The notes beneath the pieces were generated by a model, which saw nothing but the letters and a program-made list of their open reading frames with translations, made no database searches and was not told the DNA's origin. Positions 14,729-15,736 of a DNA stretch of 15,736 bases are shown here, piece by piece; position 1 is the stretch's first letter; each line of letters opens with the position of its first letter. Both the position numbers and the translations under genes were made by a program. This DNA comes from Bdellovibrionota bacterium FG-2 (lineage in GTDB: Bacteria; Bdellovibrionota; UBA1018), in NCBI GenBank assembly GCA_051382305.1, contig JBBCAV010000411.1:1-15736 (forward strand), in the 5' to 3' direction.

Positions 14729-15511
14729 CTACTTGATGTTCGCAGTGGCTCCCCACATTTGATCCGCTACGCCCATCACTTTTGTTCCCATTTCATACGC
14801 ACGCTGTGTGGCAATCATCTCGACCATACTATTTGCCACATTCACATTCGAAGCCTCTAAAGCGCCCTGCTGAATAAGTCCGACACCATTTTCCCCTGGC
14901 ATCATCTGAATCGGCGCCCCCGTTGCTGGAGTCGGCTTATAAAGACCTTCTCCTAATGCATTAAGTCCCTGCTCATTTTGAAAATTCACCAACTGAATTT
15001 GCCCTAAAACTATTTCACTTCCATTGGGAAGCTGTGCCTTCACTTCGCCTGAATTGCTCACCACCATGTTGGTCGCATTATTGGGAATGGTTATTTGTGG
15101 CACGAGCTGGGCGCCATTCGAAAGCATCATTCTTCCTTGGGAATCCGTGTGAAAGGCCCCCGTTCGCGTGTAAGCAATCTCGCCATTAGGCGTTTGAACC
15201 GGAAAGAATCCTTTTCCTGAAATCATCAAATCAAATGGATGATAGGTCATTTTCGCGGGACCCGGCTCAAAAAGTTTATGGGAGGCACCTACTTTCACGC
15301 CAAGCCCCGTTTGAATTCCTACCGGCGTTTGTGTTGAAGCGCCTAAAGAGCCACCAGCCTCCTTGATTGTTTCATACATGAGATCCTGAAATTCATTTCG
15401 ACTGCGTTTGTAACCGTCCGTATTCACGTTGGCCAAGTCGTTCGAGATCCGCTCGATATTTGCCGCCTGTGCTTCCAGGCCTGTTGCTGCGGTGGTTAGC
15501 GCTCGAATCAT
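14729..15511 (-). CDS. flgG: Flagellar distal rod protein FlgG
   Basis: MIRAL.TAATG..AQ, SNDLANVNTDGYK, FQDLMY, G.Q.GLGV, AYTR.GAF and LEASNVNV...MI..QRAYEM..KV motifs; 260 aa. Confidence 0.97.
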   Translation of the reverse strand: MIRALTTAATGLEAQAANIERISNDLANVNTDGYKRSRNEFQDLMYETIKEAGGSLGASTQTPVGIQTGLGVKVGASHKLFEPGPAKMTYHPFDLMISGKGFFPVQTPNGEIAYTRTGAFHTDSQGRMMLSNGAQLVPQITIPNNATNMVVSNSGEVKAQLPNGSEIVLGQIQLVNFQNEQGLNALGEGLYKPTPATGAPIQMMPGENGVGLIQQGALEASNVNVANSMVEMIATQRAYEMGTKVMGVADQMWGATANIK

Positions 15512-15536
15512 TTATCTTGTCCCTCTAAGAAGAAGT

Positions 15537-15736
15537 TCACAATTTACCAATGTCATTTGCTTCCTTGCTCAAAAGTTCCCCGTACGTCTTCATCGCTTTC
15601 AGGTCGTGCTCAAAGAGCCGATTTGCCTGTAAAAGACGTGTAATCTCTTCGACCGGGTTTACATTCGAGGTTTCAATCATTCCTTGCCGTACCTGGGTGC
15701 GCGACAGCGTGGTCGATAGATTCGCGGGGTCAGGAT
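15537..15736 (-). CDS. flgF: Flagellar proximal rod protein FlgF, C-terminal part (gene continues beyond window)
   Basis: Not in the ORF track. Manual translation from 15734: PDPANLSTTLSRTQVRQGMIETSNVNPVEEITRLLQANRLFEHDLKAMKTYGELLSKEANDIGKL-stop, a rod/hook C-terminal motif directly upstream of flgG. Confidence 0.88.
   Translation of the reverse strand, partial: PDPANLSTTLSRTQVRQGMIETSNVNPVEEITRLLQANRLFEHDLKAMKTYGELLSKEANDIGKL

Noticed and set aside
185-15632. Numerous short antisense or alternative-frame ORFs in the track (e.g. 185-622, 10547-10927, 13165-13542, 15429-15632)
   Set aside because: They shadow well-supported genes and show no recognisable motifs.
1-15736. CRISPR arrays, tRNA/rRNA genes, transposases or phage genes
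   Set aside because: None seen; the non-coding gaps are short and show no regularly spaced repeats or cloverleaf motifs.

Overview
Bacterial genomic window, most likely from a Bdellovibrionota/deltaproteobacterial-type organism (inferred from gene order and protein style, not verified). Left half: a large hypothetical protein, a cold-shock gene flanked by two intrinsic terminators, a minus-strand M20 amidohydrolase + AstD-like aldehyde dehydrogenase pair, and a plus-strand batE-like/bamD/TPR cluster. Right half: a minus-strand flagellar operon flgF(partial)-flgG-flgA-flgH-flgI-[spacer]-flgJ-flgM-flgN-flgK-flgL-csrA-fliW. The most striking unexplained signal is RNA-level. The ~190-nt flgI-flgJ spacer carries 10 GGA motifs, two of them in CANGGANG hexaloop hairpins (CsrB/RsmZ-like). 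It is spanned exactly by a 65-codon ORF coupled to flgI (GTGA) and flgJ (ATGA), and ends in an ~89-nt hairpin burying the flgJ SD and start codon. The SD sequences of flgG, flgM, flgN, flgK and csrA also sit in hairpin loops. Together this suggests an operon-embedded CsrA sponge/translational circuit alongside FliW. All folds were paired by eye, not computed.
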